This document shows, in pieces, positions 46,645 to 55,298 of a stretch of 64,000 nucleotides of DNA; positions within the stretch are counted from its first letter, which is position 1, and every line of letters begins with the position of its first letter. The notes beneath the pieces are model-generated. The model did no database searches. It saw nothing but the letters and a program-made list of their open reading frames with translations, and was not told where the DNA came from. The stretch is from an uncultured SAR86 cluster bacterium (GTDB lineage: Bacteria; Pseudomonadota; Gammaproteobacteria; Magnimaribacterales; AG-339-G14), in contig CABZYK010000005.1 in NCBI GenBank assembly GCA_902529935.1, positions 10,688 through 74,687 of the forward strand, read 5' to 3'. The position numbers and the translations under genes are program-made.

Positions 46645-47387
46645 CGACTCATCAATTAGTAATGCTGGTTTGGAGCTTGGTAGGCCTGTCAGTATTTATT
46701 TATTTATTTTATCAAACAGCACCTTACGGAAGACATCAAGAAAAAGGGTGGGGCTTTGAAATAAGCTCTCGATGGGGTTGGATCCTTATGGAATCTCCAG
46801 CTTTCTATTTAATGTTAATTTTCTTGATTTTGAATTTTTCAAATAGTTCAAATTTTTCAATTTTTGCTGCTATCTTATTTATGATTCATTACTTTAACCG
46901 AAGTTTCATTTGGCCAATTAGAGCAAGAATAAAAAATAAGAGCATGCCAGTGACTATAGCTTTATCTGCTTTTTTATTTAATTTTGTTAATGTTTATATC
47001 CAAGGAACTTGGCTGTTTTATATATCAGACTATGCAACTAGCCATTTTTATTCTGTTCCATTTTTCTTGGGTCTTAGTCTTTTTTTTATTGGAATGTTTA
47101 TAAACATTAAATCAGATGAAATTTTATTCTCTTTAAGAAAGAAAAATGAGGGATATCAAGTTCCAAAAGGGTTCATGTATAAATATGTATCTTGTCCGAA
47201 TTATTTTGGTGAGTTTATAGAATGGTTAGGGTGGGCAATAATGACATTTAGCACAGCCGGTTTTGTATTTTTTTTCTGGACAGTAGCTAATTTACTTCCA
47301 AGAGCTGTTGCTAACCACAAATGGTACAAAGATAACTTTGAAGATTATCCTAAAGATAGAAAAGCTGTAATTCCTAAACTTTTATAG
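46641..47387 (+). CDS. 3-oxo-5-alpha-steroid 4-dehydrogenase (steroid 5-alpha-reductase) family membrane protein
   Basis: YKYVSCPNYFGEFIEWLGWAI signature, about 6-7 TM helices, 248 aa, ATGA overlap with the preceding gene. Confidence 0.85.
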   Translation: MTTHQLVMLVWSLVGLSVFIYLFYQTAPYGRHQEKGWGFEISSRWGWILMESPAFYLMLIFLILNFSNSSNFSIFAAILFMIHYFNRSFIWPIRARIKNKSMPVTIALSAFLFNFVNVYIQGTWLFYISDYATSHFYSVPFFLGLSLFFIGMFINIKSDEILFSLRKKNEGYQVPKGFMYKYVSCPNYFGEFIEWLGWAIMTFSTAGFVFFFWTVANLLPRAVANHKWYKDNFEDYPKDRKAVIPKLL

Positions 47388-47555
47388 TCTTTCTTCTATT
47401 TTGTCTATTCTCTTTTCTAGTTCAGAGATCTTCTTGAGAATCTCATTGATCTCATCACTTTTAGCAAAACCAGCGCCTTGAATATATTTTTCTAATGCAG
47501 GTTTTAGGATTTTTTCTATATTTTTGATGTCTTTTGCAATAGTAAAAGGATTCAT
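47382..47555 (-). CDS. Small coiled-coil protein, possibly UbiK/YqiC (BMFP) family
   Basis: 57-aa ORF below the track cutoff: MNPFTIAKDIKNIEKILKPALEKYIQGAGFAKSDEINEILKKISELEKRIDKIEERL. The C-terminal heptad coiled coil resembles the UbiK C-terminus. No SD. Its 3' end overlaps the convergent gene by 6 nt. Confidence 0.45.
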   Translation of the reverse strand: MNPFTIAKDIKNIEKILKPALEKYIQGAGFAKSDEINEILKKISELEKRIDKIEERL

Positions 47556-47601
47556 AATTTTTGTAAGTTAATTGTTATAATTTTAACATTCGAAGGGAGA
47601 A

Positions 47602-48000
47602 ATGGATTTAACAACAAAAGTTATTTTGATTGTCTTATTTGTGTTTTTTGCAACACTTTCCCTTTTTTTTATTATTGATCCTAATTTGATTAGCATTTTT
47701 CCCGGTGCGGGTTTTACCGAGCAGGAAATGTACGAGTGGAGATTACGAACAATCATTCCTTCTCTTTATCTTACAATTTGTTATTTCATTTACAGATTTT
47801 TTGCAGGAAAAAATCCAACCTCAACTTTGTGGCCCATTTATATTGTGATAACTTCATTTGCAATTACCCAGTTTATAGCTTTTTTCTTCATGGGAATTTC
47901 AATAACTCAAGTCGTCTGCTTTCTAATAACAATCGCCACAGCTTTTGCTCTTAGAATGGCTGACTTAAAAAGAAGCAGGCAAATAATAGGTAGATTCTAG
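47602..48000 (+). CDS. Hypothetical integral membrane protein (about 4 TM)
   Basis: Hydrophobic 132-aa ORF with a GGGAGA SD upstream. No family recognised. Confidence 0.55.
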   Translation: MDLTTKVILIVLFVFFATLSLFFIIDPNLISIFPGAGFTEQEMYEWRLRTIIPSLYLTICYFIYRFFAGKNPTSTLWPIYIVITSFAITQFIAFFFMGISITQVVCFLITIATAFALRMADLKRSRQIIGRF

Positions 48001-48002
48001 CA

Positions 48003-49010
48003 GTGTCTTCTCAGGCTCAAGGACTTCTCTGTCAATATTTATCCGAGGATATGTCTGGCATAAATTTAGGAACTTTAGACCTACCAGAAATCGAAAATGA
48101 TTTAGTAAAAATAAAAATATCACACGCTTCATTAAATTTTCCAGATTGGTTGATGTCCCAAGGAAAATATCAAAGAAAACCAGAACTACCATTTTTCTTA
48201 GGTATGGAAGGCTCTGGAATTATTGAATCTATTGGTCCGGATGCAAAAGAGTTACAAATTGGTGATGAAGTAATGTTTGGCGGTTGGGGACATGGGGCAA
48301 TGGCCAACTATATTGTTTTACCTGCATCCAAAATAACAAAGAAACCTGGTGCTTTAAACATGGCAGAAGCAGCTGCTTTTGCCACTGCTTATACTACTGC
48401 ATATGTCTCATTGATTAGGAGAGGGCAGATGAAACCCGATGATGTAGTTCTCATTCATGGTTCATCAGGTGGAGTTGGTATGGCTGCTGTTCAACTTGCA
48501 AAAATGTTTGGCAATAGGGTGATTGCAACGGGAACATCTGATGAGAAACTCCAAATTGTTAAATCATGGGGGGCAGATCATGTCTTGAATACTTTGAAAG
48601 ATGGCATTACTGCTTTTAGAGAAGAAGTTAAAGATCTAACTGATGGTAAAGGAGCTGATGTTATCTATGATCCAGTAGGAGGAGATGTTTTTGATGAGTC
48701 CATTCGTTGTATAAATTGGAATGGAAGATTATTAATTGTTGGTTTCACAAGCGGGAGATTGCCTAGCCTGCCAGTAAATATAGCCCTTATAAAAGGTTTT
48801 TCGGTAATTGGCGTCAGAGCTGGTGAATACGGTATTCGAGATCCTGAAAAGGGAGCAGAAACGAAAAAAATTATCCATGAACTTGCGGAGACAGGAAATT
48901 TAAAGCCACATATATGTAGAGAATTTAATCTAACTGATGCAAAAGATGCCTTGGTATATTTATCTGAAAGAAAATTAGTTGGAAAAGTGGTTATCAAAAA
49001 TAATTTATGA
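48003..49010 (+). CDS. NADPH:quinone oxidoreductase-like MDR-family protein
   Basis: GTG start. ASLNFPD, GMEGSGIIESIG, HGSSGGVGMAAVQLAKMFG (Rossmann) and VGKVVI C-terminal segments are typical of zeta-crystallin/QOR enzymes. Confidence 0.85.
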   Translation: MSSQAQGLLCQYLSEDMSGINLGTLDLPEIENDLVKIKISHASLNFPDWLMSQGKYQRKPELPFFLGMEGSGIIESIGPDAKELQIGDEVMFGGWGHGAMANYIVLPASKITKKPGALNMAEAAAFATAYTTAYVSLIRRGQMKPDDVVLIHGSSGGVGMAAVQLAKMFGNRVIATGTSDEKLQIVKSWGADHVLNTLKDGITAFREEVKDLTDGKGADVIYDPVGGDVFDESIRCINWNGRLLIVGFTSGRLPSLPVNIALIKGFSVIGVRAGEYGIRDPEKGAETKKIIHELAETGNLKPHICREFNLTDAKDALVYLSERKLVGKVVIKNNL

Positions 49011-50290
49011 ATTACCTATCATCTAAGCTGTATGAGAAAAAATCATACGGTTACTTTGTCCTAGGAGTTTTAACTACCGTTTATAGTTTTAACTTCATCG
49101 ACAGACAGCTTCTAGTAATTCTCCAAGAATCTATCAAGGCAGAAATGGGTTTATCTGATACTCAGCTAGGACTTTTGTCTGGTTTCTCTTTTGCAATATT
49201 TTATGTTTCCTTTGGTATCCCGTTAGCAAAATTAGCTGATACTTGGATAAGGAGAGATGTCATAGCCATTTCTTTAACTGTTTGGAGTTCGATGACTGCT
49301 GTTAGTGGATTTGCTCAAAATTTTATACATCTATTGCTAGCAAGAATTGGTGTTGCTATTGGAGAAGCTGGAGGCAGCCCTCCAGCACATGCTATGGTCT
49401 CTGATATTTTTAATCAGGAGCAAAGAGCGACAGCTTTGGCGATTTATTCAACCGGCATTAACATTGGAATATTATTTGGTTTTCTATTAGGTGGCTGGAT
49501 AAATGAATTTTATGGATGGCGAACAGCATTCCTTGTTGTTGGACTTCCCGGGATAGCCCTAGCTATTTTCTTGAAATTAGCTGTAGCTGAGCCCAATAGA
49601 GGAATGGCTGAAGAAAAAGTTGACGATGGAAGTGCTCCAAAGCTTAAAGAGACTCTAAAGCATCTGTGGTCAAGAAAATCATTCAGACACTTATCTATAG
49701 CGTGCGGGATTCATGCTTTTGTTTCCTATGGGGCAGGTAATTTCCTTCCCTCATTATTTTTAAGATTGCATGATATTGAGACAGGAGAGTTGGGAACTTG
49801 GTTAGCATTAAGCTCAGTTGCAGGTGGAGTTGGAACCTTCATGGGAGGGTATCTTTCCGATAAATTAGGCAAGCAAGATCCTAGATGGTATCAATGGGTA
49901 CCTGCTATAACTACACTTATCTATCTTCCCTTTACTTTATTTATATATTTAACAGACCAAACTTATTTAGCTTTGATGACCACTTTCATCACAGGTATGT
50001 TATTTAATGCTTATTTGGCACCAAATTTAGCAATAACTCACTCATTGGTTGGATTAAGAATGAGGGCAATGTCCTCCGCGATATTATTCTTTATTCTTAA
50101 TTTCATTGGTTTAGGATTTGGTCCTATGGTTATTGGATTTGTTAGCGATATGATTAATCCAACTTACGGAATAGAGTCGATACGTTATGCATTACTTATA
50201 GTAATACCTATTTCAACAATATGGTCTGCCACTCATTATTTTATAGCTGCAAAGCATATTAGGAGCGATCTAGAATTAGCACCAAAATAA
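49007..50290 (+). CDS. MFS transporter, Spinster-like subfamily
   Basis: FNFIDRQLLVILQESIKAEMGLSDTQLGLLSGFSFAIFY...LADTWIRR...LLARIGVAIGEAGGSPPAHAMVSDIF matches the bacterial Spinster-like MFS signature. 12 TM helices. ATGA overlap. Confidence 0.85.
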   Translation: MNYLSSKLYEKKSYGYFVLGVLTTVYSFNFIDRQLLVILQESIKAEMGLSDTQLGLLSGFSFAIFYVSFGIPLAKLADTWIRRDVIAISLTVWSSMTAVSGFAQNFIHLLLARIGVAIGEAGGSPPAHAMVSDIFNQEQRATALAIYSTGINIGILFGFLLGGWINEFYGWRTAFLVVGLPGIALAIFLKLAVAEPNRGMAEEKVDDGSAPKLKETLKHLWSRKSFRHLSIACGIHAFVSYGAGNFLPSLFLRLHDIETGELGTWLALSSVAGGVGTFMGGYLSDKLGKQDPRWYQWVPAITTLIYLPFTLFIYLTDQTYLALMTTFITGMLFNAYLAPNLAITHSLVGLRMRAMSSAILFFILNFIGLGFGPMVIGFVSDMINPTYGIESIRYALLIVIPISTIWSATHYFIAAKHIRSDLELAPK

Positions 50291-50291
50291 A

Positions 50292-51077
50292 ATGCCAAAA
50301 AAAATATTAATATTCTTATCGATTGCTCTTTTTTTGTATCTATTTGATTGGTTTTTAAATAGTGATGACGAAAATATGATTTACGTTAGCGATAATGACA
50401 TAGATTTTTTGGTATCGACTTGGAACGATCAAATGCAAAGACCTCCGAATGAAGAAGAACTTAAGACCATCATAGAAAACTTTATACAAAACGAAGTTTT
50501 ATATCGAGAAGCTTTGAAGCTGAATTTAGACAGCGGAGATATCATTGTTAAAAGAAGACTAGTTCAAAAATTAGGTTTTTTAAAACAAGAAGAAGGAGTA
50601 AAAATTCCAAACGATAAGGAGTTAAAAGAATATTTTAATGAAAATAAAGTTGAGTTTAGGATTCCTAAGAAATTAAGTTTTAATCATATCTTTTTCTCAA
50701 AAGAATCTCGCTCATTAGAGGAAGTGAGACAATATCTAGTAAATAAAAATATAAAGAGTGATCCATTTTTATTAGGAAGAAATTTTTCTGATAAAACAAT
50801 AAGACAAATACAGAGAGATTTTGGAGATAAATTTGCTGCTTCATTAGATCAATTAACAACTCTTAAAAACGATTTAATAATTGAATCTATTTATGGTTGG
50901 CACATAGTAAATGTATCTTACATTGAAAATTCATATCTACCTGAATTTAATTCCATCAGAGACAAACTTTTAGATGCCTACTTATTAGTAAAAAAGGATG
51001 AAGTCTTAAAAAAGTATACAGAGGAATTAATAAAGTCCTACGACGTATCGTTAAGTAAAAAATACAGTTTTGAGTAA
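50292..51077 (+). CDS. Membrane-anchored parvulin-like (PpiC/Rotamase_2-type) peptidyl-prolyl isomerase-like protein
   Basis: N-terminal TM anchor, SurA/PpiD-like helical region, then a parvulin-like core (FNHIFF...SIYGWHIVNV). Confidence 0.6.
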   Translation: MPKKILIFLSIALFLYLFDWFLNSDDENMIYVSDNDIDFLVSTWNDQMQRPPNEEELKTIIENFIQNEVLYREALKLNLDSGDIIVKRRLVQKLGFLKQEEGVKIPNDKELKEYFNENKVEFRIPKKLSFNHIFFSKESRSLEEVRQYLVNKNIKSDPFLLGRNFSDKTIRQIQRDFGDKFAASLDQLTTLKNDLIIESIYGWHIVNVSYIENSYLPEFNSIRDKLLDAYLLVKKDEVLKKYTEELIKSYDVSLSKKYSFE

Positions 51078-52026
51078 ATTAGTTCTTTATTTTTTTTTAT
51101 TAGTTGTTGCGAGCTTTGAGGTTAGTTCTCATGAATTTACACCCGCACAACTTGAAATTACCCAAATTTCAGAATCTGACTATCTAGTTAACTGGAAATT
51201 TCCCTTAATTCAATCTACTAAATCAAGGATAAATTTTCCTGCATTTTGCTCGTCTGAAGATGATTTATTTCCGAAAAGAAGTGGAAAATACCTATTAGAA
51301 ATAATTGAATTAAATTGTACACAATCGCTTAAAGGATCCACTTTAAATGTCACCAATATGTCATTTATGACTGATGTGATGGTAACAATTAGATTTATTA
51401 ACGATGAAGTCTTTCAAGACTATATTACTTCAGAAAATAAAGATTTAGTCGTACCGAACGAAGTTGAATACTCTAACTTTTCATATTTATTTATGGGGTT
51501 TGAACATCTGCTGGGAGGGTATGATCATATCTTATTTGTTTTTGGCTTAGTTTTTCTAATTAGCGGTTGGTTTAATTTAATAAAAACAATTACATCCTTT
51601 ACGATTGCTCATAGCATTACATTGGCGTTGTCATCCTTGGGTGTAGTTAAATTACCTCAAACTGCAACCGAAGCAGTGATTGCTTTAACAATAATATATT
51701 TAGCCTACGAAATTTTAGATAAAAAAGATTTAAGAAAAATTCCTTGGCATATTCCTTTTGGATTCGGTTTGATTCATGGATTTGGATTTGCAGGAGCTTT
51801 AATGGAAATAGGATTTTCAGGGCAAAGTTTATTTCAAACTTTATTGCTGTTTAATGTAGGCATTGAATTAGCCCAGCTGAGTTTGTTACCAATAATTTTC
51901 TTTTTAATTTTTCTCTTTACAAAAGTTAATTTAAAAAATGAATTTAAAACAATATCTGCTTTTGCCATAGGAGGCATAAGTTGTTATTGGTTTATTGAAA
52001 GAACTGTAAATTTATTTATTGTATAA
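51070..52026 (+). CDS. HupE/UreJ-family membrane protein (HupE_UreJ_2 type) with N-terminal periplasmic domain
   Basis: The TTG start gives a signal peptide (SKLVLYFFLLVVASFEVSS). A ~130-aa soluble domain is followed by TM helices with the GFEHLLGGYDHILFVFGL and GLIHGFGFAGAL motifs. Confidence 0.8.
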   Translation: MSKLVLYFFLLVVASFEVSSHEFTPAQLEITQISESDYLVNWKFPLIQSTKSRINFPAFCSSEDDLFPKRSGKYLLEIIELNCTQSLKGSTLNVTNMSFMTDVMVTIRFINDEVFQDYITSENKDLVVPNEVEYSNFSYLFMGFEHLLGGYDHILFVFGLVFLISGWFNLIKTITSFTIAHSITLALSSLGVVKLPQTATEAVIALTIIYLAYEILDKKDLRKIPWHIPFGFGLIHGFGFAGALMEIGFSGQSLFQTLLLFNVGIELAQLSLLPIIFFLIFLFTKVNLKNEFKTISAFAIGGISCYWFIERTVNLFIV

Positions 52027-52054
52027 AAAAGGAGATTCAAAAATCTCCTTTTTT
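52025..52054. terminator. Bidirectional hairpin terminator between convergent HupE-like and lipoprotein genes
   Basis: A-run, stem GGAGATT (52031-52037), loop CAAA, stem AATCTCC (52042-52048), T6 run. Confidence 0.78.
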
Positions 52055-52067
52055 AAAACACTTTTAT

Positions 52068-52682
52068 TTAGTTTAATGGATTAGAATCTGGCTGAAACTC
52101 ATAGTAACCGTCAACAGGTATCATTAAGTGAGCATAAGGAGTTCCTTTAAACATTTGGTAAGGTGCTCCTGTTGTGAAATCTGTAGGGAAATTTTCTATA
52201 GTTTTTGTGTCTTTCGGCATCAACATTAAGTGAGGCCCTGATTCGATAAAGTGTCCCATCATTTTAGCTTTATCGTGATCACCTCCATAGAAGCTTGAAT
52301 TCATATTATCTTCTCCCATATCACCATTTAGCATCCAAATATAGGCATCTCTTTCCATATTAGGTTTACCGCCAGTCATATAAGCTTCGGCCCATTTGAA
52401 GCCTTCTTCATCAGCACAAAGGGTATTTCCGTGTTGAGGAGTTTCAAATCCGCCTTCAGGCATTTCTAATGTAGCGGTGCAGGTCCATCCATTAGATCCT
52501 TCTCGAATCACTTTACCGTCTCCTCCAACAATTGTTGCAAATTCCCCTATAAAATCAGGTGCGGCCTTACTGTAAGCCCAAATTTGCCACTCATCAGAAT
52601 CATGAGACACGTTAGGCTCATCAGATGTTGAACTTGAACAAGAAATAAGAACTATAAAAAGTATGCTTAATAAATATTTCAT
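52068..52682 (-). CDS. Lipoprotein of unknown family (tandem paralog A)
   Basis: Lipobox LISCS with a GGAG SD upstream. About half of its residues are identical to the neighbouring ORF product (EWQIWAYS, REGSNGWTC, FIESGPH, AHLMIPV). Confidence 0.7.
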   Translation of the reverse strand: MKYLLSILFIVLISCSSSTSDEPNVSHDSDEWQIWAYSKAAPDFIGEFATIVGGDGKVIREGSNGWTCTATLEMPEGGFETPQHGNTLCADEEGFKWAEAYMTGGKPNMERDAYIWMLNGDMGEDNMNSSFYGGDHDKAKMMGHFIESGPHLMLMPKDTKTIENFPTDFTTGAPYQMFKGTPYAHLMIPVDGYYEFQPDSNPLN

Positions 52683-52697
52683 AATTACTCCATTAAT

Positions 52698-53309
52698 TTA
52701 GTTTGAAGGAGACGATTCAGGCTGATACTTATAGTAATCTCCCACAGGTACCATTAAATGAGCCCATTTTGAATCAGGAAACATAACGTAAGGTTCTCCT
52801 CGGGTAAAATCAGAAGTGAAGTTCTTTAAAGTATCAGGATCCTTTGGTACAACCATAAAGTGTGGACCAGATTCAATAAATTGTCCTGGTGTAGAATCAC
52901 TTTTCGAAAGCACTCCTGGAACCAAATTATCTTCACCAACGTCTCCGTGTAGCATCCACATATAGCCATCTCTATCCATAATAGGGTCAACGTTATTCAT
53001 AAAGGCTGCCATCCATTTCATTGCCTCAGTATCAGAACAGGTAGGCATCGCTTGATGCGGATTATCCCAACCAACTGAAGGAAAAGGCCTTGGATTTCCT
53101 GGCATACAAGTCCAACCGTTTGATCCTTCTCTTAAAATAGAACCATCACCACCGATGATCGTTGCATAGTCTCCAATATAACTTGGAGCAGCAGTGGAAT
53201 AAGCCCAAATTTGCCATTCTGCAGAATTATGTGGAGCATTAGGCTCATCACTTACAGACTTAGAACAAGAGAGCACAAAAACGAAAAACATTAACGCTAA
53301 ATATTTCAT
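52698..53309 (-). CDS. Lipoprotein of unknown family (tandem paralog B)
   Basis: Lipobox VLSCS with an AGGAG SD upstream. Paralog of 52068-52682. Confidence 0.7.
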   Translation of the reverse strand: MKYLALMFFVFVLSCSKSVSDEPNAPHNSAEWQIWAYSTAAPSYIGDYATIIGGDGSILREGSNGWTCMPGNPRPFPSVGWDNPHQAMPTCSDTEAMKWMAAFMNNVDPIMDRDGYMWMLHGDVGEDNLVPGVLSKSDSTPGQFIESGPHFMVVPKDPDTLKNFTSDFTRGEPYVMFPDSKWAHLMVPVGDYYKYQPESSPSN

Positions 53310-53384
53310 AATTCTCCTTTTGTTTCATATTTAAACCTTTTTTTTTAGTATTGAGAAGTTCAATTATAGTTTTTACAGAAAGTG

Positions 53385-53390
53385 TATAAT
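53385..53390 (+). promoter_or_regulatory. Possible -10 box (TATAAT) for the tRNA-Gly transcription unit
   Basis: A perfect TATAAT lies 15 nt upstream of the mature tRNA 5' end. No convincing -35 at canonical spacing. Confidence 0.3.
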
Positions 53391-53405
53391 CAAATTTCAC
53401 ACAAA

Positions 53406-53480
<75 letters not shown>

Positions 53481-53489
53481 CGAATTGAT

Positions 53490-54626
53490 ATGAATATTCA
53501 AAATAAAATAAAAGAAAAAATAGATCAAGAGAACATTCCTTTTGCATCCTTTGCGGTTACTAATGAACACGAAACAGTGTTTCTAGAGCACTATGGCAAC
53601 CAACTAGAAGGAGAAGATAAACCACCTTCGAACAGTACTCTTTATAGAATTGCTTCGATGACAAAGCCTATTGTTACTTTTGCAGCACTAAAGTGTGTTG
53701 AACTAGGACTGATTGATTTAGATAAACCTGTTCATAATTTTCATTCAGATCTAAAAGATTTAGAGGTAGGAAAACTTCAAGATGGAAAAGTAATTTATGA
53801 AAGAGCCAATAAGGACATCACACTTCATCATTTGCTAGCGCATACTTCAGGATTTGCATATGATTTTCATGATCCTTTGCTTGCCCACCTTATCTTAGAA
53901 GAAAAGATTGCTCCTCTCACAGATAAAGAAGGAAAATTTATAAATGTTCCGCTTTCATACCATCCTGATTCTAGATGGGAATATGGTGTCGGTCTTGATT
54001 GGGTTGGAGTCATTTTAGAAAAATTATTGAATAAAAATTTAGAAGAGATTTGCAGGGAATTTGTTTTTGATCCTCTCGGGATGAACGATACCTCCTTCGA
54101 TCCTGACTTTTTAGGAAAGGATAGATTGGCAGAGATGCACCTTATGGATAATGAAAATTTTATTCATTCAACTGGTCTTTTTGATGACTCTGTTCAGTCA
54201 TTTTTTAGCGGTGGCGGTGGGATCCTTTCTAATCCATCAGATTATTGTAAATTTATGAGAATTTTCCTTTCAGATACAAATCCACTTTTATCTGATTCAC
54301 TTACCTCTCTTATGACCACAAATCAAATCGGCGATTTAAATTATTCTTATCAACCTACGTTTAATCCTGTTTTGATTCATGGAAATGAATGGTTTCCGGA
54401 AATAAAGAAAAAATGGGGATACGGCTTTTTGATCAACGAAGAGGATATACCTGAGAGAAGAAAAAAAGGATCTTTATCATGGTCAGGTATTTTCAATACT
54501 TATTTCTGGATTGATCCACAATCAAAAATAGCAGGTACTGTAATGATGCAATTATCACCGCATTACGACGAAAAGTGCAAAGGTCTGCTAGAAGTAATGG
54601 AAAAAGCTGTTTATGAAGAGATGTAA
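53490..54626 (+). CDS. Serine hydrolase of the beta-lactamase/esterase (class C, EstB-like) fold
   Basis: S-x-x-K motif (IASMTKPIV), then HLLAHTSGF. The start is set to ATG 53490. The track start at 53451 lies inside tRNA-Gly. Confidence 0.82.
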   Translation: MNIQNKIKEKIDQENIPFASFAVTNEHETVFLEHYGNQLEGEDKPPSNSTLYRIASMTKPIVTFAALKCVELGLIDLDKPVHNFHSDLKDLEVGKLQDGKVIYERANKDITLHHLLAHTSGFAYDFHDPLLAHLILEEKIAPLTDKEGKFINVPLSYHPDSRWEYGVGLDWVGVILEKLLNKNLEEICREFVFDPLGMNDTSFDPDFLGKDRLAEMHLMDNENFIHSTGLFDDSVQSFFSGGGGILSNPSDYCKFMRIFLSDTNPLLSDSLTSLMTTNQIGDLNYSYQPTFNPVLIHGNEWFPEIKKKWGYGFLINEEDIPERRKKGSLSWSGIFNTYFWIDPQSKIAGTVMMQLSPHYDEKCKGLLEVMEKAVYEEM

Positions 54627-55283
54627 TTATTCTTTGAATAACTGATCAGCAACATAAGGGTTAGTTTTCTTTTCTTGACCAAATGTAGATAAAGGACCAT
54701 GCCCTGGTACAAAGGTAGTATCGTCATCTAATTTCCAAAGTTTATTTCTAATGGAGTCTATAAGACTCTGAGTATTGCCTCTTGGTAGATCAGTACGTCC
54801 TATGGAACCTTGAAACAATACATCACCGACGATTGCAATTTTTGCATCAGCTTGGTGAAATACAACGTGGCCAGGAGTATGACCTGGACAGTGATATACA
54901 TCAAAAGAAATTCCATCTAATTCAATTTTGTCCCCATCATCTAACCACCTATCGGGAAGGAAATTTTTTGTTCCAGGTACACCATACATTCTGCCTTGAT
55001 CTTCTAAACCCATAATTAAGAATTCATCATCAGGATGAGGGCCTTCTATTTTTACATCGTGTTCTTGAGATAAATTAAAAGCACCCCCAGCATGATCTAA
55101 ATGCCCATGAGTAAGAAAGATTTTTACTAGTTTTAAATTATTCTTTGATAAAAAATCATTGATTTTATCCAGATCACCACCGGGATCTGTGACTGCTGCA
55201 TTTTTAGTATTTTCATTCCAAATAACACAACTGTTTTGCATTAGTGGAGTGACAGGGATAATTGCTACTTTTAGGTTTTCCAT
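54627..55283 (-). CDS. MBL-fold hydrolase, glyoxalase II-like (YcbL/GloC type)
   Basis: THGHLDHAGG zinc motif, CPGHTPGH, GDVLF. 218 aa. Confidence 0.85.
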   Translation of the reverse strand: MENLKVAIIPVTPLMQNSCVIWNENTKNAAVTDPGGDLDKINDFLSKNNLKLVKIFLTHGHLDHAGGAFNLSQEHDVKIEGPHPDDEFLIMGLEDQGRMYGVPGTKNFLPDRWLDDGDKIELDGISFDVYHCPGHTPGHVVFHQADAKIAIVGDVLFQGSIGRTDLPRGNTQSLIDSIRNKLWKLDDDTTFVPGHGPLSTFGQEKKTNPYVADQLFKE

Positions 55284-55298
55284 GATCTAATTATACAT

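Noticed and set aside
44367-53405. A tRNA-bounded genomic island between tRNA-Arg and tRNA-Gly
   Set aside because: No integrase, transposase, phage gene or repeat of a tRNA 3' end was seen by eye, and composition looks like the rest of the window. I keep it only as a check under the P450 finding.
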